From the NCBI GenBank assembly GCA_040509835.1, contig JBEVKE010000133.1, forward strand, positions 1-46,776: DNA of 46,776 nt. The letters are read 5' to 3'. Source of the stretch: Thermoleophilaceae bacterium (lineage in GTDB: Bacteria > Actinomycetota > Thermoleophilia > Solirubrobacterales > Thermoleophilaceae). Of the stretch, positions 35,001 through 45,015 are shown in pieces. Each line of letters starts with the position of its first letter. The first letter of the stretch is position 1. The notes beneath the pieces were generated by a model. That model saw only the letters and a list, made by a program, of their open reading frames with translations. It did not search any database and was not told the DNA's origin. The translations under genes were made by a program, and so were the position numbers.

Positions 35001-35788
35001 GCGACGCGCTCGTCCTGTGTTACCACGGGGTCAGCGAGGACTGGCCGGCGGACATCTCGATCAGCCCGGGGAGGCTCGCGGACCAGATCCGCTGGTTCCT
35101 CGCCCGCGGCCACCGCCCGGTCACCTTCACGGCCGCCGCCACCGGCGAGGAGCGTGGTCGAGTCCTTGCCGTGACGTTCGACGACGCCTATCGCAGCATC
35201 GGGGAGCTGGCCCTGCCGCTCCTGTCCGAGCTGGGCGTGCCGGCCACCGTCTTCGCGCCCACCCGGTTCGTCGCCGACCCGGGCGCGCGCGGCTGGGACG
35301 GAACCGACATGTGGGTCGGTACGCAGTGGGAGGACGAGCTCGCGGTGATGAGCTGGAACGAGCTTGGCACGCTCGCGGACGCGGGGTGGGAGATCGGGTC
35401 CCACACCCGCACGCATCCTCGCCTCACCCGGCTCGGCGACGCCGCGCTGAGGGACGAGCTCGGGACGTCGAGGGTCGAGCTGGAGGAGGCGCTGGGACGC
35501 CCGTGCCGGTCGCTCGCCTATCCGTACGGCGACACCGACCGGCGCGTGGCCACGGCGGCGGCGGCGGCCGGCTACAGCGCCGCGGGCGGGCTGCTGCCCG
35601 GCCGAGTGAGCGCGCGCGACCCGCTCCTGTTTCCGCGCATCTCGGTGGGGCGAGGCTGGGCGGACGCGACCCTGCGGCGGCGCGCGCGGCCGGTGCATCG
35701 CCGCCTCCAGAGGAGCAGGGCGTGGCCGGCGGTTCCGGTGCTCCTCCGCGCGGCGCGAACGATGCGCCGTCGCGCCCGGCTGAAATGA
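34997..35788 (+). CDS. Polysaccharide deacetylase (CE4 / NodB homology domain)
   Basis: 263 aa. VTFDDAYRS, ATVFAPT, MSWNELGTLADAGWEIGSHTRTHPRL and LAYPYGDTD are the NodB motifs. 4-bp overlap with the upstream GT4 gene. Confidence 0.85.
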   Translation: MSDALVLCYHGVSEDWPADISISPGRLADQIRWFLARGHRPVTFTAAATGEERGRVLAVTFDDAYRSIGELALPLLSELGVPATVFAPTRFVADPGARGWDGTDMWVGTQWEDELAVMSWNELGTLADAGWEIGSHTRTHPRLTRLGDAALRDELGTSRVELEEALGRPCRSLAYPYGDTDRRVATAAAAAGYSAAGGLLPGRVSARDPLLFPRISVGRGWADATLRRRARPVHRRLQRSRAWPAVPVLLRAARTMRRRARLK

Positions 35789-35940
35789 TTCCGAGCGTGC
35801 GGTTGCTGGGGACGGTCCTCTATTGGGTGGCGGTGGTCGCCATCTCCGTCGTGCTCGTGATCCTCCTGATCCTCTTCTTCGAGTCGCGCGACCAGGCGGA
35901 CGTCGGCGCGACCGCTCCTCCGGCGTCGATGCCGGCGTGA
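35785..35940 (+). CDS. 51-aa single-pass membrane microprotein
   Basis: Its ATG overlaps the deacetylase stop (ATGA, 35785..35788) and its stop overlaps the next gene's GTG (GTGA, 35937..35940). MIPSVRLLGTVLYWVAVVAISVVLVILLILFFESRDQ... has one clear TM segment. It is hidden in the track inside a long alternative-frame ORF (34666..35940). Confidence 0.55.
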   Translation: MIPSVRLLGTVLYWVAVVAISVVLVILLILFFESRDQADVGATAPPASMPA

Positions 35941-37136
35941 GCACGGACGGCGCCTCGTCGCCGCTCAGGTTCGTGACGCGAGGCTGGCGGAGGGTGGATG
36001 GCCGGCCGGCCGCGACTCGGCGAGCCATCGGGGCGCGGCTGCGCCACTCGAACGCGTATCTCGCCTGGTCCGACGCGGACACGCCCCGCCAGATCGTCCC
36101 GACCGCCAGACCCGATGTGGCCCGATGGGTGCGGCGCACGTTCGAGCCATGGGCGCGCCGGAAGCTCGACGCCGCCACTTGGAGCGCGCTCAGGGCCGGC
36201 TCTCTCGTCGTGGGCGAGGGACCCGGATTGGCCCAGCTCGGAGCCGAGGAGGCGCTCGGCCGGTCGCTCGACGGAGCGGTGCTGGGCTGCGTCTCGGCCT
36301 CCGGGCACGTCCAGGCCAAGCTCCTGTGCTTCGTGTTCGAGCGCGGCGAACGGGAGCCTTCGGTCGTGGTCAAGGGCATCCCGCTCGAGGGCGAGGGGAG
36401 TCGTCTCCTCGCGGAGGCGAGCGCGGTTGCGGCGATCAGGAAGCTGCTGTCGGGCGCGACCGCCGCGGCGCTTCCACCCGAGCCGGTCTGGGCGGGTGAC
36501 GTGGGCGGCCACGACGTGGTGGTCGTGGAGCCCGTGGACCCGCTGGCCGGGGCGACGGGGCACGAGGACCGCGATGCGGCCCTCGGGTGGCTCGCGCGCC
36601 TCCAGGACGAGACCGCACACGACGAGTGGGGGACCGACGCGGACCTCGCCTCGCTCGACGAGGTGCTCGAGTTCGCGTCGTCTGAGTCCGGCCTCGGCGC
36701 GGGGGCGCTCCGGACCATGTGGCGCGAGCAGTGGGATGACCTCGGGCGAACGACCATTCCCCGCTGCGCCGTGCACGGCGACTTCTGGCGCGGCAACCTC
36801 GCCGTCGATGGCTTGCGCCTCAGGGTGTACGACTGGGAATGGGCGGCGCTCAGCGGCCACCCGCTGTTCGACCCGTGGACCTACGAGCTCGCCGCGCTGC
36901 GGGGCCGCGCCGAATCGCCCCACGAGGTTGCCGCCGCGCTCGCGGACGCGTGCCGGCGCGTCGAGGCGCAGCTCGAGGGGCGCGGCCTCGATCGCCGCTT
37001 GGCGCGCGCATTTCTGCTGCCTGCGGCCGCGGACATCGCCTACCGGGTACGCCGGGTGCGCGGCACGCCGCCCGACCACGAGGAGCGGGCGCGCGCGCTC
37101 CTGGCAGGGGCCGCGCGCCTAGTCTCCGGCGGCTAG
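35937..37136 (+). CDS. Aminoglycoside-phosphotransferase/choline-kinase-like (APH fold) kinase
   Basis: The GTG at 35937 is coupled to the microprotein stop. Catalytic loop VHGDFWRGNLAV and metal-binding VYDWEWA match the HGDxxxxN ... DWE pattern of the APH family. Confidence 0.7.
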   Translation: MSTDGASSPLRFVTRGWRRVDGRPAATRRAIGARLRHSNAYLAWSDADTPRQIVPTARPDVARWVRRTFEPWARRKLDAATWSALRAGSLVVGEGPGLAQLGAEEALGRSLDGAVLGCVSASGHVQAKLLCFVFERGEREPSVVVKGIPLEGEGSRLLAEASAVAAIRKLLSGATAAALPPEPVWAGDVGGHDVVVVEPVDPLAGATGHEDRDAALGWLARLQDETAHDEWGTDADLASLDEVLEFASSESGLGAGALRTMWREQWDDLGRTTIPRCAVHGDFWRGNLAVDGLRLRVYDWEWAALSGHPLFDPWTYELAALRGRAESPHEVAAALADACRRVEAQLEGRGLDRRLARAFLLPAAADIAYRVRRVRGTPPDHEERARALLAGAARLVSGG

Positions 37137-38096
37137 CGCGCGGTCGACCACCTCGAGCAGCCTCTCCACGTAGCGCTCGGGGCCGAAGCGCGCGAGCGCG
37201 TCGGCGCGGGCCCGCTCGCCGAGCGCGGCCACCTCCCCCTCGTTCGCGGGGTCGAGCACCCAGTCGAGCGCTTCGTGCATGGCGCGCGCGTCAGCGGGCG
37301 GCACCACCAGGCCGGTCCGCCCGTGCTCGACGTATTCCCGGGCGCCGAGCGAGTCCGTCACGATCACCGGCTTGCCGAGCACCATCGCGTTCAGATAGCT
37401 CTGCTGGCCGGCGCTTCGATCGCCGCGCGGCTCCAACGCCACGACGATCACCGACGCTCTCCTGAACGCCTCGTCGTACGACGGCGGGTCGAGTGGGCTC
37501 AGACGCACGTTGGCGGGCACTTCGGTCCGCTCGTAGGTCCTGCTCGCGATCGTGACCTCCGCCGTGAGACCGCGGGCGGCCTCGACGAGCGGGCCGTAGT
37601 CCCGGAGCGAGTCACCGCCGGCGAAGACGCCGCCGTCGCGCGGCGGCACCTCCTCCACGTCCGCTTCGTCGAGCACCCAGTGGAACGGCGTCACGTGCAC
37701 GCGAGCCGGGGGCACGCCCCACGTCGCGGGGAAAAGCCGCGCCTCCGCCTCCGACAGCACGCAGTAGTGAGCGCCCCCGTGGCCGAGGCCCCGCACCGCG
37801 TACCGCCGGACCCGCCCCTCGAATGAACCGGCTTCGGCCTTCCAGGTGGCGTCGGCGAGCACAACCGCCGGCGGCCGGCGGCGGCGGGCGATCAGCGCGG
37901 CCGCAAGCTGGTCCGGCCTGAGCGAGCCGTTCAGCACGACGGCCTCGTACCGGCCCGCCGCTCGCACCAGCTTCGCGACGAGCTGCCGGCGGGGCACCGA
38001 GCTCGGGTCGATCACGTCGGCGCGCGCCATCCACGCGCGCCGGCGGCGGTAGGGCAGTGTCGTGAGGAAGCGCGGAGCGGCTCCCGCCGCCGTCAT
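37119..38096 (-). CDS. Glycosyltransferase (GT1/GT4-like, GT-B fold)
   Basis: 325 aa. C-terminal LGKPVIVTDSLGAREYVEHGRTGLVVPPADARAMHEAL motif. The ATG overlaps the sortase stop (ATGA, 38093..38096). Confidence 0.75.
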   Translation of the reverse strand: MTAAGAAPRFLTTLPYRRRRAWMARADVIDPSSVPRRQLVAKLVRAAGRYEAVVLNGSLRPDQLAAALIARRRRPPAVVLADATWKAEAGSFEGRVRRYAVRGLGHGGAHYCVLSEAEARLFPATWGVPPARVHVTPFHWVLDEADVEEVPPRDGGVFAGGDSLRDYGPLVEAARGLTAEVTIASRTYERTEVPANVRLSPLDPPSYDEAFRRASVIVVALEPRGDRSAGQQSYLNAMVLGKPVIVTDSLGAREYVEHGRTGLVVPPADARAMHEALDWVLDPANEGEVAALGERARADALARFGPERYVERLLEVVDRALAAGD

Positions 38097-38743
38097 CCTC
38101 GCCGGACCCGCGCCGGCTCGCGCCGGAGGAGTCGCGCGAACACGATGATGCGCTGCGCAGCGCTGTAGAGCGGGTGGCAGGCGCTCAGGACGAGCCGCTG
38201 GTAGCCGACCCGGTCGAGCACCGACAGGTCCTGGTCGTCGACGACCTTCGTCCCCTGGACCCGGTAGACGAAGCGTCCGTCGGGCATGTCGATGATGATC
38301 GGTTCGCCGCGCTTCACCTCGTCGATGTGCCGGAACGGCGCCCCATAGGTGGTGCGGTGGCCGGCGATCGCTGTTGTGCCCGGCTCGCCGGGAAGCGGCG
38401 TCTCGGGGTAGTGGCCAGGGCCCTTCCTGAGGCTGTCCACGTCGGTTCCCTGGACGACGTACTTGGTCAGCCCGATGCTCGGAATCTTGATCCGGGCGAT
38501 GGCGTCGCCCTTCAGGGGCTGCCTCCGTACCACCCTCTGGGGCGGGTCGAAGAAGGCCTTCTTGAGCGTTTCCTGGTTCTTCCCGCCGACGTAGGCGGAA
38601 ACCGGCTCCTGCCAGAGGAGCGTCACGGCAGCATCGGCGATCAGCAGCGTTCCGCTGACCATCATGACCGACGCCACGAAGCGCAAGACCGCCCGCACGC
38701 GGCGCAGTCTAGGGCGCGCCGAGGATAGGCTTATCGGGCTCAC
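38093..38743 (-). CDS. Sortase (class E-like transpeptidase)
   Basis: 216 aa with an N-terminal TM anchor. Catalytic His in TAIAGHRTTYGAPF, Cys in LVLSACHP, and Arg in RIIVFARL. Confidence 0.85.
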   Translation of the reverse strand: MSPISLSSARPRLRRVRAVLRFVASVMMVSGTLLIADAAVTLLWQEPVSAYVGGKNQETLKKAFFDPPQRVVRRQPLKGDAIARIKIPSIGLTKYVVQGTDVDSLRKGPGHYPETPLPGEPGTTAIAGHRTTYGAPFRHIDEVKRGEPIIIDMPDGRFVYRVQGTKVVDDQDLSVLDRVGYQRLVLSACHPLYSAAQRIIVFARLLRREPARVRRG

Positions 38744-38772
38744 ACGCCTGAGATAAGGAGACTCGCAAGCCC

Positions 38773-40578
38773 GTGACGCAAGCCACGACCGCGCCTACAA
38801 CTCACCAAAAGCTGCTCGCCTGGGTCGAGCAGGTTGCCGAGCTCACCCAACCCGAAGCGGTGCACTGGTGTGACGGCTCGGCGGAGGAATACGACGAGCT
38901 GTGCCAGCAGCTCGTGGACGCGGGCACCTTCGAGCGGCTCTCCGACGCGAAGCGACCCAACTCGTACCTGGCGCGCTCGAATCCGAAGGACGTGGCGCGA
39001 GTAGAGGACCGCACCTTCATCTGCTCCGAGGACGAGGGTGACGCCGGACCCACCAACAACTGGCGCGACCCCGTGGAGATGCGCGAGACGCTGACGGAGC
39101 TGTTCCGGGGCGCGATGCGGGGTCGGACGATGTACGTGGTGCCGTTCTCGATGGGCCCGCTCGGCTCGCCGATCGCGCACGTGGGTGTGCAGGTCACGGA
39201 TTCGCCCTACGTGGCGGTGTCGATGCGGATCATGACCAGGATGGGGCAGCCGGCGCTCGACGTGCTGGGCAACGACGGCGGGTTCGTGCCGTGCCTCCAC
39301 TCGGTCGGGGCGCCCCTCGCCGACGGCGAGGACGACGTGCCGTGGCCCTGCAACGACGAGAAGTACATCGTGCACTTCCCTGAGACCCGCGAGATCTGGT
39401 CGTTCGGGTCCGGGTACGGCGGCAACGCCCTCCTCGGTAAGAAGTGCTTCGCGCTGCGGATCGCGTCCGTGATGGCGCGCGACGAGGGCTGGCTCGCCGA
39501 GCACATGCTGATCCTGAAGCTGACCTCTCCGGACGGCCGCGTGAAGCACGTCACGGGCGCGTTCCCTTCCGCGTGCGGGAAGACGAACCTCGCGATGCTG
39601 ATCCCCACGCTGCCGGGCTGGAAGGTGGAGACGGTCGGCGACGACATCGCCTGGATGAAGTTCGGCGACGACGGCCGCCTGTACGCGATCAACCCGGAGG
39701 CGGGCTTCTTCGGCGTGGCACCCGGCACGTCCGAGGAGACCAACCCGAACGCGATGGCCACGCTGCGGGAGAACTCGATCTTCACGAACTGCGCGCTCAC
39801 GGACGAGGGCGACATCTGGTGGGAGGGGATGTCGGACCCGCCCGAGCACGCCATCGATTGGCTGGGCGAGGACTGGACTCCGGACGCCGAGACGACCGCG
39901 GCGCACCCGAACGCCCGCTTCACGACGCCGGCGGAGCAGTGCCCGTCGATGTCGGACGACTGGGAGGACCCCAAGGGCGTCCCGATCGACGCGTTCCTGT
40001 TCGGCGGCCGGCGCGCGGCGGTGGTGCCGCTCGTGACCGAGGCGTTCGACTGGGAGCACGGCGTCTTCATGGGCGCGATCATGGGCTCCGAGAAGACGGC
40101 CGCCGCCGCCGGCGCGGTGGGAGAGCTGCGCTTCGACCCGATGGCGATGCTGCCCTTCTGCGGCTACCACATGGGCGACTACTTCGGGCACTGGCTCCAG
40201 ATCGGCGGCCGGAAGGGCGCGGATCTGCCGAAGATCTTCATGGTCAACTGGTTCCGCAAGGACGGCGACGGCGAGTTCCTGTGGCCGGGCTTCGGCGAGA
40301 ACAGCCGCGTGCTCGCGTGGGTGTTCGAGCGCTGTGACGACCAGGGCGAGGTGGAGGAGACCGCGATCGGCCTGGTGCCGGCGAGGGGCGGGCTGGACAC
40401 GTCGGGACTCGACCTGTCCGAGGAGGCGGTGGCGAAGCTGCTGCTGGTGGACCCGGAGGAATGGCGCGGCCAGCTGCCTCGCCTGCGCGAGCACTTCGCC
40501 CAGTTCGGCGACCGGCTGCCCGACGAGCTCGAGCAGCAGCTCGAGGCGCTCGAGCAGCGCCTCGGCCCGACGGGCTAG
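38773..40578 (+). CDS. pckG: Phosphoenolpyruvate carboxykinase (GTP)
   Basis: 601 aa. The kinase-1a P-loop [29 protein letters not shown] and FMVNWFRKD are hallmarks of GTP-dependent PEPCK. Confidence 0.95.
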   Translation: MTQATTAPTTHQKLLAWVEQVAELTQPEAVHWCDGSAEEYDELCQQLVDAGTFERLSDAKRPNSYLARSNPKDVARVEDRTFICSEDEGDAGPTNNWRDPVEMRETLTELFRGAMRGRTMYVVPFSMGPLGSPIAHVGVQVTDSPYVAVSMRIMTRMGQPALDVLGNDGGFVPCLHSVGAPLADGEDDVPWPCNDEKYIVHFPETREIWSFGSGYGGNALLGKKCFALRIASVMARDEGWLAEHMLILKLTSPDGRVKHVTGAFPSACGKTNLAMLIPTLPGWKVETVGDDIAWMKFGDDGRLYAINPEAGFFGVAPGTSEETNPNAMATLRENSIFTNCALTDEGDIWWEGMSDPPEHAIDWLGEDWTPDAETTAAHPNARFTTPAEQCPSMSDDWEDPKGVPIDAFLFGGRRAAVVPLVTEAFDWEHGVFMGAIMGSEKTAAAAGAVGELRFDPMAMLPFCGYHMGDYFGHWLQIGGRKGADLPKIFMVNWFRKDGDGEFLWPGFGENSRVLAWVFERCDDQGEVEETAIGLVPARGGLDTSGLDLSEEAVAKLLLVDPEEWRGQLPRLREHFAQFGDRLPDELEQQLEALEQRLGPTG

Positions 40579-40607
40579 AGCCCGCTCGGCGCCGATACGC
40601 TAGGCGC

Positions 40608-42173
40608 ATGAGCATTACGGAGACGAGGACTGTCGGATCGGTCGTCGACGGCGAGGACCGCGGCGGTGGCGAGCGCATCGAGTCGCGCAACCCGGCGAAC
40701 CTCGAGGACATCGTCTGCGAGGCGCATCTGGGCGACGCCGGGGTATTCGTCGACGCCTGCCGCGCCGCCCGCGAGGCGCAGCGCGAGTGGGCGGCCGTGC
40801 CCGCGCCGGTCCGCGGCAACGTAATCAAGCAGATCGGCCGGATCGTCGAGGACAACAAGGAGGCGCTCGCCCGGCTCGTCACGCGCGAGATCGGCAAGCC
40901 GTACCCCGAGTCGCTCGGCGAGGTGCAGGAGATCGTCGACACCTGCGACTTCTTCCTCTCCGAGGGCCGGCGCCTGTACGGGCAGACCGTGCCGAGCGAG
41001 ATGTCGGACAAGCAGTTGTTCACCTTCCGGACACCGGTTGGCGTGGCGGCGATCATCACCGCCGGCAACTTCCCGGTGGCCGTGCCCTCGTGGTACCTGG
41101 TCCCGGCGATCCTGTGCGGCAACGCGGTCGTCTGGAAGCCCGCGGAGTACGCCCCGGCCACGGGCGACGCGCTCGCGCGGCTGTTCATCGCCGGCGGGCT
41201 GCCCGACGGCGTGCTGAATCTGGTGCAGTCGGACGGCCCCACCGCCTTCGAGGGTCTCGAACGCGCGCTCGACGAGCGGCTGGTGGACAAGGTGGGCTTC
41301 ACCGGGTCGTCGGCCGTCGGCTCGCGGATCGGCGAGCTCACCGGCCGCAATGGCCAGGCGGCCTGTCTCGAGCTCGGCGGGAAGAACCCGCTCGTGGTGA
41401 TGCCGGACGCCACGCTCGACCTCGCGGTGGAGGGCACGCTGTTCAGCGGCTTCGGCACCGCGGGCCAGCGCTGCACCTCGCTCGGGACGGCGATCGTCCA
41501 CGAGTCTGTCCACGACGAGTTCATGGAGCGGCTCACGGCGGCGGTCGAGGAGGCCGCCATCGGCGATCCGACCCAGGAGGTCCTGTACGGGCCGATGATC
41601 CACGAGCGCTTCGCGGAGCGCTTCGAGGACTGGCTCGGCCTGATTCGGGACCATCACACGATCTCCGGGTCCACCGGCACCGGCCGCATCACGAGCGACA
41701 ACCCGCGCGACGGGTTCGTGGGCGACCCCGACGCCGGGATCTACTGCCATCCGACGATCGTGGACGGCGTGTGCCGCGACGACGAGATCTACTCGACGGA
41801 GACGTTCGGGCCGATCATCGGCGTCGCGAGCTTCTCGGACTTCGACGAGGCGATGGACCTCGCCAACGGCCACGGCTACGGCCTGTCGTCGGCGATCTAC
41901 ACGAACGACCCGAAGTCGGCGTTCCGCTTCCGCGAGCGTGTGACCGCCGGGATGGTCTCGGTGAACAACTCCACGAGCGGCGCCGAGGCCCACCTGCCCT
42001 TCGGCGGCAACGGCAAGTCGGGCAACGGCTCGCGCCAGTCGGGGATCTGGGTGCTCGACCAGTTCACCCGCTGGCAGTCGATGAACTGGGACTACGCCGG
42101 CAAGCTCCAGAAGGCGCAGATGGAGGTCGCCGAGATCAGTGGCGACAGCGACTTCCGGCTCGCCTGGGACTAG
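40608..42173 (+). CDS. NAD(P)-dependent aldehyde dehydrogenase
   Basis: Start at the ATG at 40608 (MSITETRTVGS...). ELGGKNP, the catalytic Cys in GTAGQRCTS, and TETFGPI are present. Confidence 0.9.
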   Translation: MSITETRTVGSVVDGEDRGGGERIESRNPANLEDIVCEAHLGDAGVFVDACRAAREAQREWAAVPAPVRGNVIKQIGRIVEDNKEALARLVTREIGKPYPESLGEVQEIVDTCDFFLSEGRRLYGQTVPSEMSDKQLFTFRTPVGVAAIITAGNFPVAVPSWYLVPAILCGNAVVWKPAEYAPATGDALARLFIAGGLPDGVLNLVQSDGPTAFEGLERALDERLVDKVGFTGSSAVGSRIGELTGRNGQAACLELGGKNPLVVMPDATLDLAVEGTLFSGFGTAGQRCTSLGTAIVHESVHDEFMERLTAAVEEAAIGDPTQEVLYGPMIHERFAERFEDWLGLIRDHHTISGSTGTGRITSDNPRDGFVGDPDAGIYCHPTIVDGVCRDDEIYSTETFGPIIGVASFSDFDEAMDLANGHGYGLSSAIYTNDPKSAFRFRERVTAGMVSVNNSTSGAEAHLPFGGNGKSGNGSRQSGIWVLDQFTRWQSMNWDYAGKLQKAQMEVAEISGDSDFRLAWD

Positions 42174-43372
42174 TCCTCCGGGGGCTCGAGCGGCTCGCCG
42201 GGCGCAGTTCTGACCGCCTGCTGCGCCTCCGAACGCGGCACGCCGCCGGCTCTGAGCAGGTCCACGGCCACCAGCCGCACCTGGCCAACTATGTGGACCG
42301 CCGACAGGTTGGAGGTCTCCGCCAGCACCGCGTTGGCCAGCCGCACGGCGCGAAGCGCCGCCTCGCGCGACGGCGCGGCGTCGTCGTCCTCCAGCAGCGT
42401 GGTCAGCTCGCGCGCCGCCGTGGCGAGCTCGTGGATCGCGGCCGGCACCTCCGGCGGGATGGAGTCGTCGAGCGCGATCGCGCGTGTGGCTCCGCGGGCG
42501 AGCGCCCTCGTGTTCTCGATCGCCAGCCCCACCTCGCCCACGGCGACCACGTAGCGGTCGAGGCGGCTCAGGCTGCCGCGGCGGCTGAGCGAGATGCGCG
42601 CGGCGTCACCGGCCTCGGCGAGCGTCTCGGCGAGGTGGTCGTACTGGTCGTCGAGCCGCGCCACCGCCGCCAGCGCTCGCTCGGCGTCGCGCGCGTCGCG
42701 GTGCTCCAGCGTGTCGGCGATCAGGCCGAGCACCGCGGCGAACCGGTCGAGCACCGGGCCGAGCCCCTCCCGGACCAGCCTGACCGGGTCGATGGGGAGG
42801 AGCAGCGCCCCCACGAGGAGCCCCGTGGCGCTCCCCACGCAGGCGTCGAGCGAGCGGGTGAAGTCGAACCCCTCGGGAGGCTGGAGCGTGGCCACCAGCA
42901 CGGCCGACGCGCCGGCCTGCGAGGCGAGCAGGGTGCCGCCGCCCACCAGCGTCGCGGCGAGCATCGCCAGGCCGGTCACGACGCCGATCTGCCAGGTGCC
43001 GGTGCCGATCGCCCGGACGAGCAGGTCCGCGATGAAGATGCCGACCGACACGCCGATCGCGAGCTCGACCGCGCGCCTGCGCCGCTGGCCGACCGTCAGG
43101 CCCAGCGTGATGACCGCGGAGATGGGGGCGAAGAAGGGAGCCGAGTGACCAACCACCTCGGTCGCGAACAGCCAGGCCAGGGAGGCGGCCACGGACGCCT
43201 GGAGGATCGGCCGCGCCGTCGCGATGATCCGCTCGCGCCGCGTCCGGATCCCGGCTTTCGACACCTCCGCTGCCTGGTCGATCAGCTCTGCCGTGGGTGG
43301 AATCCGCTCACTGGCGCGCCTGGTGCGTTCGCCTGCGCGCCTGGCGAGCCGCCGGGGTGTGCGCTCGCTCAT
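42170..43372 (-). CDS. FUSC/ArAE-like (aromatic acid exporter family) membrane protein
   Basis: Start at the ATG at 43372, overlapping the upstream stop (ATGA). The N-terminal half has 4-6 TM segments (ASLAWLFATEVVGHSAPFFAPISAVITL...). The C-terminal half is a soluble helical domain. Confidence 0.55.
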   Translation of the reverse strand: MSERTPRRLARRAGERTRRASERIPPTAELIDQAAEVSKAGIRTRRERIIATARPILQASVAASLAWLFATEVVGHSAPFFAPISAVITLGLTVGQRRRRAVELAIGVSVGIFIADLLVRAIGTGTWQIGVVTGLAMLAATLVGGGTLLASQAGASAVLVATLQPPEGFDFTRSLDACVGSATGLLVGALLLPIDPVRLVREGLGPVLDRFAAVLGLIADTLEHRDARDAERALAAVARLDDQYDHLAETLAEAGDAARISLSRRGSLSRLDRYVVAVGEVGLAIENTRALARGATRAIALDDSIPPEVPAAIHELATAARELTTLLEDDDAAPSREAALRAVRLANAVLAETSNLSAVHIVGQVRLVAVDLLRAGGVPRSEAQQAVRTAPGEPLEPPED

Positions 43373-45015
43373 CGCCGGTACCAGCGCGGGGACACGTTCG
43401 GCGGCGGGCCCAGGGCGGCGCGTGCCACCAGCAGTGTCGGCTCCCTCAGGGCCACGTGTCCCTTCAGCGCCATTCCGAAGTGCTCGCCGAGGCCGTCCAC
43501 GCTGTTCGCGCGGATCCCGAACGAGGCCGCGAGCGCGACGAAGTCGGGGCTCGCCAGGTCCACGCCCTCGCGCGGGTCGCCGTGCAGGTCCTGGTCGTAG
43601 CGGATCATCCCGTAGCCGCCGTCGTCCACGATCACGGCCGTGAGCGGGATGTCCTCCTGCTTCGCCGCGGCCAGCTCGCCGACCGCGTACAGAAAGCCGC
43701 CGTCGCCCGAGATGCTCACCGCGGGCCCCGCGTCCGCCAGCGCCGCGCCAAGCCCCTGCGGGAACGCGCATCCGAGCGTCCCCCAGCCGAGCGGATAGGT
43801 CAGCTTCCGGGGCGCCGGGGTGCGGTGAAAGCCGCCCAGCCAGTAGCCGGGGATGCACATGTCACACACCACGATCGCGTCGTCGGGCAGCGCGGCGTCG
43901 AGCGCGTCGAGGAAGGTAACGGCCTCCGGGTCCTCGCTCGCGACCCGCGCGCGCACCGCGCGGTTCAGCTCGCGGATCCGGCGCTGGAGCGAGTCGAGCC
44001 CGCCGCGGTCGCCCAGCCGCTCGGCGAGGGCGGTGACCGCCTCCCTCGCGTCGGCCTCGACCACCACGTCCGGCCGGTAGTTCTTGGACGCGTCGGCGGC
44101 GTCGACGTTGATCGCAACCAGGTGCGGCGGCTGGGGCTGCTTCCAGCCCTGGGTCATCATGCCGTCGAGGTCGGAGCCGATCGCCACCACGACATCGGCC
44201 TCGTCCCACAGCTCGCCCGCCTCCGGCACGTGCGGCGACGACTCCACGAGGCAGGGGTGACCCGGCGGAACGAGGCCCTTGGCGGAGAACGTCAGGATCA
44301 CCGGCGCCACGAGCCGCTCGGCGAGCCGCGCGACCGCCTCACCCGCCCCCGACTGAAGCGCGCCGCCGCCGGCCCAGACGAGCGGCCGCCGGGCGCGCTC
44401 GAGGAGATCGAGAGCCCGCTGGAGCTGGGCCGGATCCGGCTCGCGCCGCGAATTGTTAAGAACGGATGAGGGGTCAGACCCCTCGCCGTCCAGGAGGTCC
44501 GTCGGGATCTCCACGTACACCGGGCGGCACGGCGCCGTCATCGCGGCCCGCGCGCCGCGCGCTACCGCCGGGGCGATCTCCTCAGCCGACCGGACCCTAA
44601 TCGCCTCCTTCACCACCGGCATGAACATGGCCGCCTGGTCCGTCGCCTCGTGGAGGACGCCGCGCCATACGCCCGGGCGGCGGGCGGTGGAGGGGATGTC
44701 CGTCGCGATCACGAGGACGGGCTGGCGCGAGGCCCAGGCCTCGCCCACGGCCGCGAGCGTGTTGGCCGCCCCGGGGCCGGTGGTGGTGAGCGCCACGCCC
44801 AGCCGGCCGCTCGCGCGGGTGTACCCGTCGGCGGCGTAGGCGGCCGTCTGCTCGTGCCGGACGCCCACCAGCCGGATCGGCGAGCCGTTCAGCTCGCGCC
44901 ACAGCGCGAGGTTGTGGACGCCGGGCAGGCCGAAGGCCACGGACACGCCGGCGTCCTCGAGCGCCGCCACCGCCGCCCGCGCCCCTGTCAGGATGCCCTT
45001 CGATGGAGCGGTCAT
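43369..45015 (-). CDS. Thiamine-diphosphate-dependent enzyme (acetolactate synthase large subunit / decarboxylase superfamily)
   Basis: 548 aa. N-terminal GARAAVAALEDAGVSVAFGLPGVHNL. ThDP-binding motif SGDGGFLYAVGELAAAKQEDIPLTAVIVDDGGYGMI. Confidence 0.85.
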   Translation of the reverse strand: MTAPSKGILTGARAAVAALEDAGVSVAFGLPGVHNLALWRELNGSPIRLVGVRHEQTAAYAADGYTRASGRLGVALTTTGPGAANTLAAVGEAWASRQPVLVIATDIPSTARRPGVWRGVLHEATDQAAMFMPVVKEAIRVRSAEEIAPAVARGARAAMTAPCRPVYVEIPTDLLDGEGSDPSSVLNNSRREPDPAQLQRALDLLERARRPLVWAGGGALQSGAGEAVARLAERLVAPVILTFSAKGLVPPGHPCLVESSPHVPEAGELWDEADVVVAIGSDLDGMMTQGWKQPQPPHLVAINVDAADASKNYRPDVVVEADAREAVTALAERLGDRGGLDSLQRRIRELNRAVRARVASEDPEAVTFLDALDAALPDDAIVVCDMCIPGYWLGGFHRTPAPRKLTYPLGWGTLGCAFPQGLGAALADAGPAVSISGDGGFLYAVGELAAAKQEDIPLTAVIVDDGGYGMIRYDQDLHGDPREGVDLASPDFVALAASFGIRANSVDGLGEHFGMALKGHVALREPTLLVARAALGPPPNVSPRWYRR

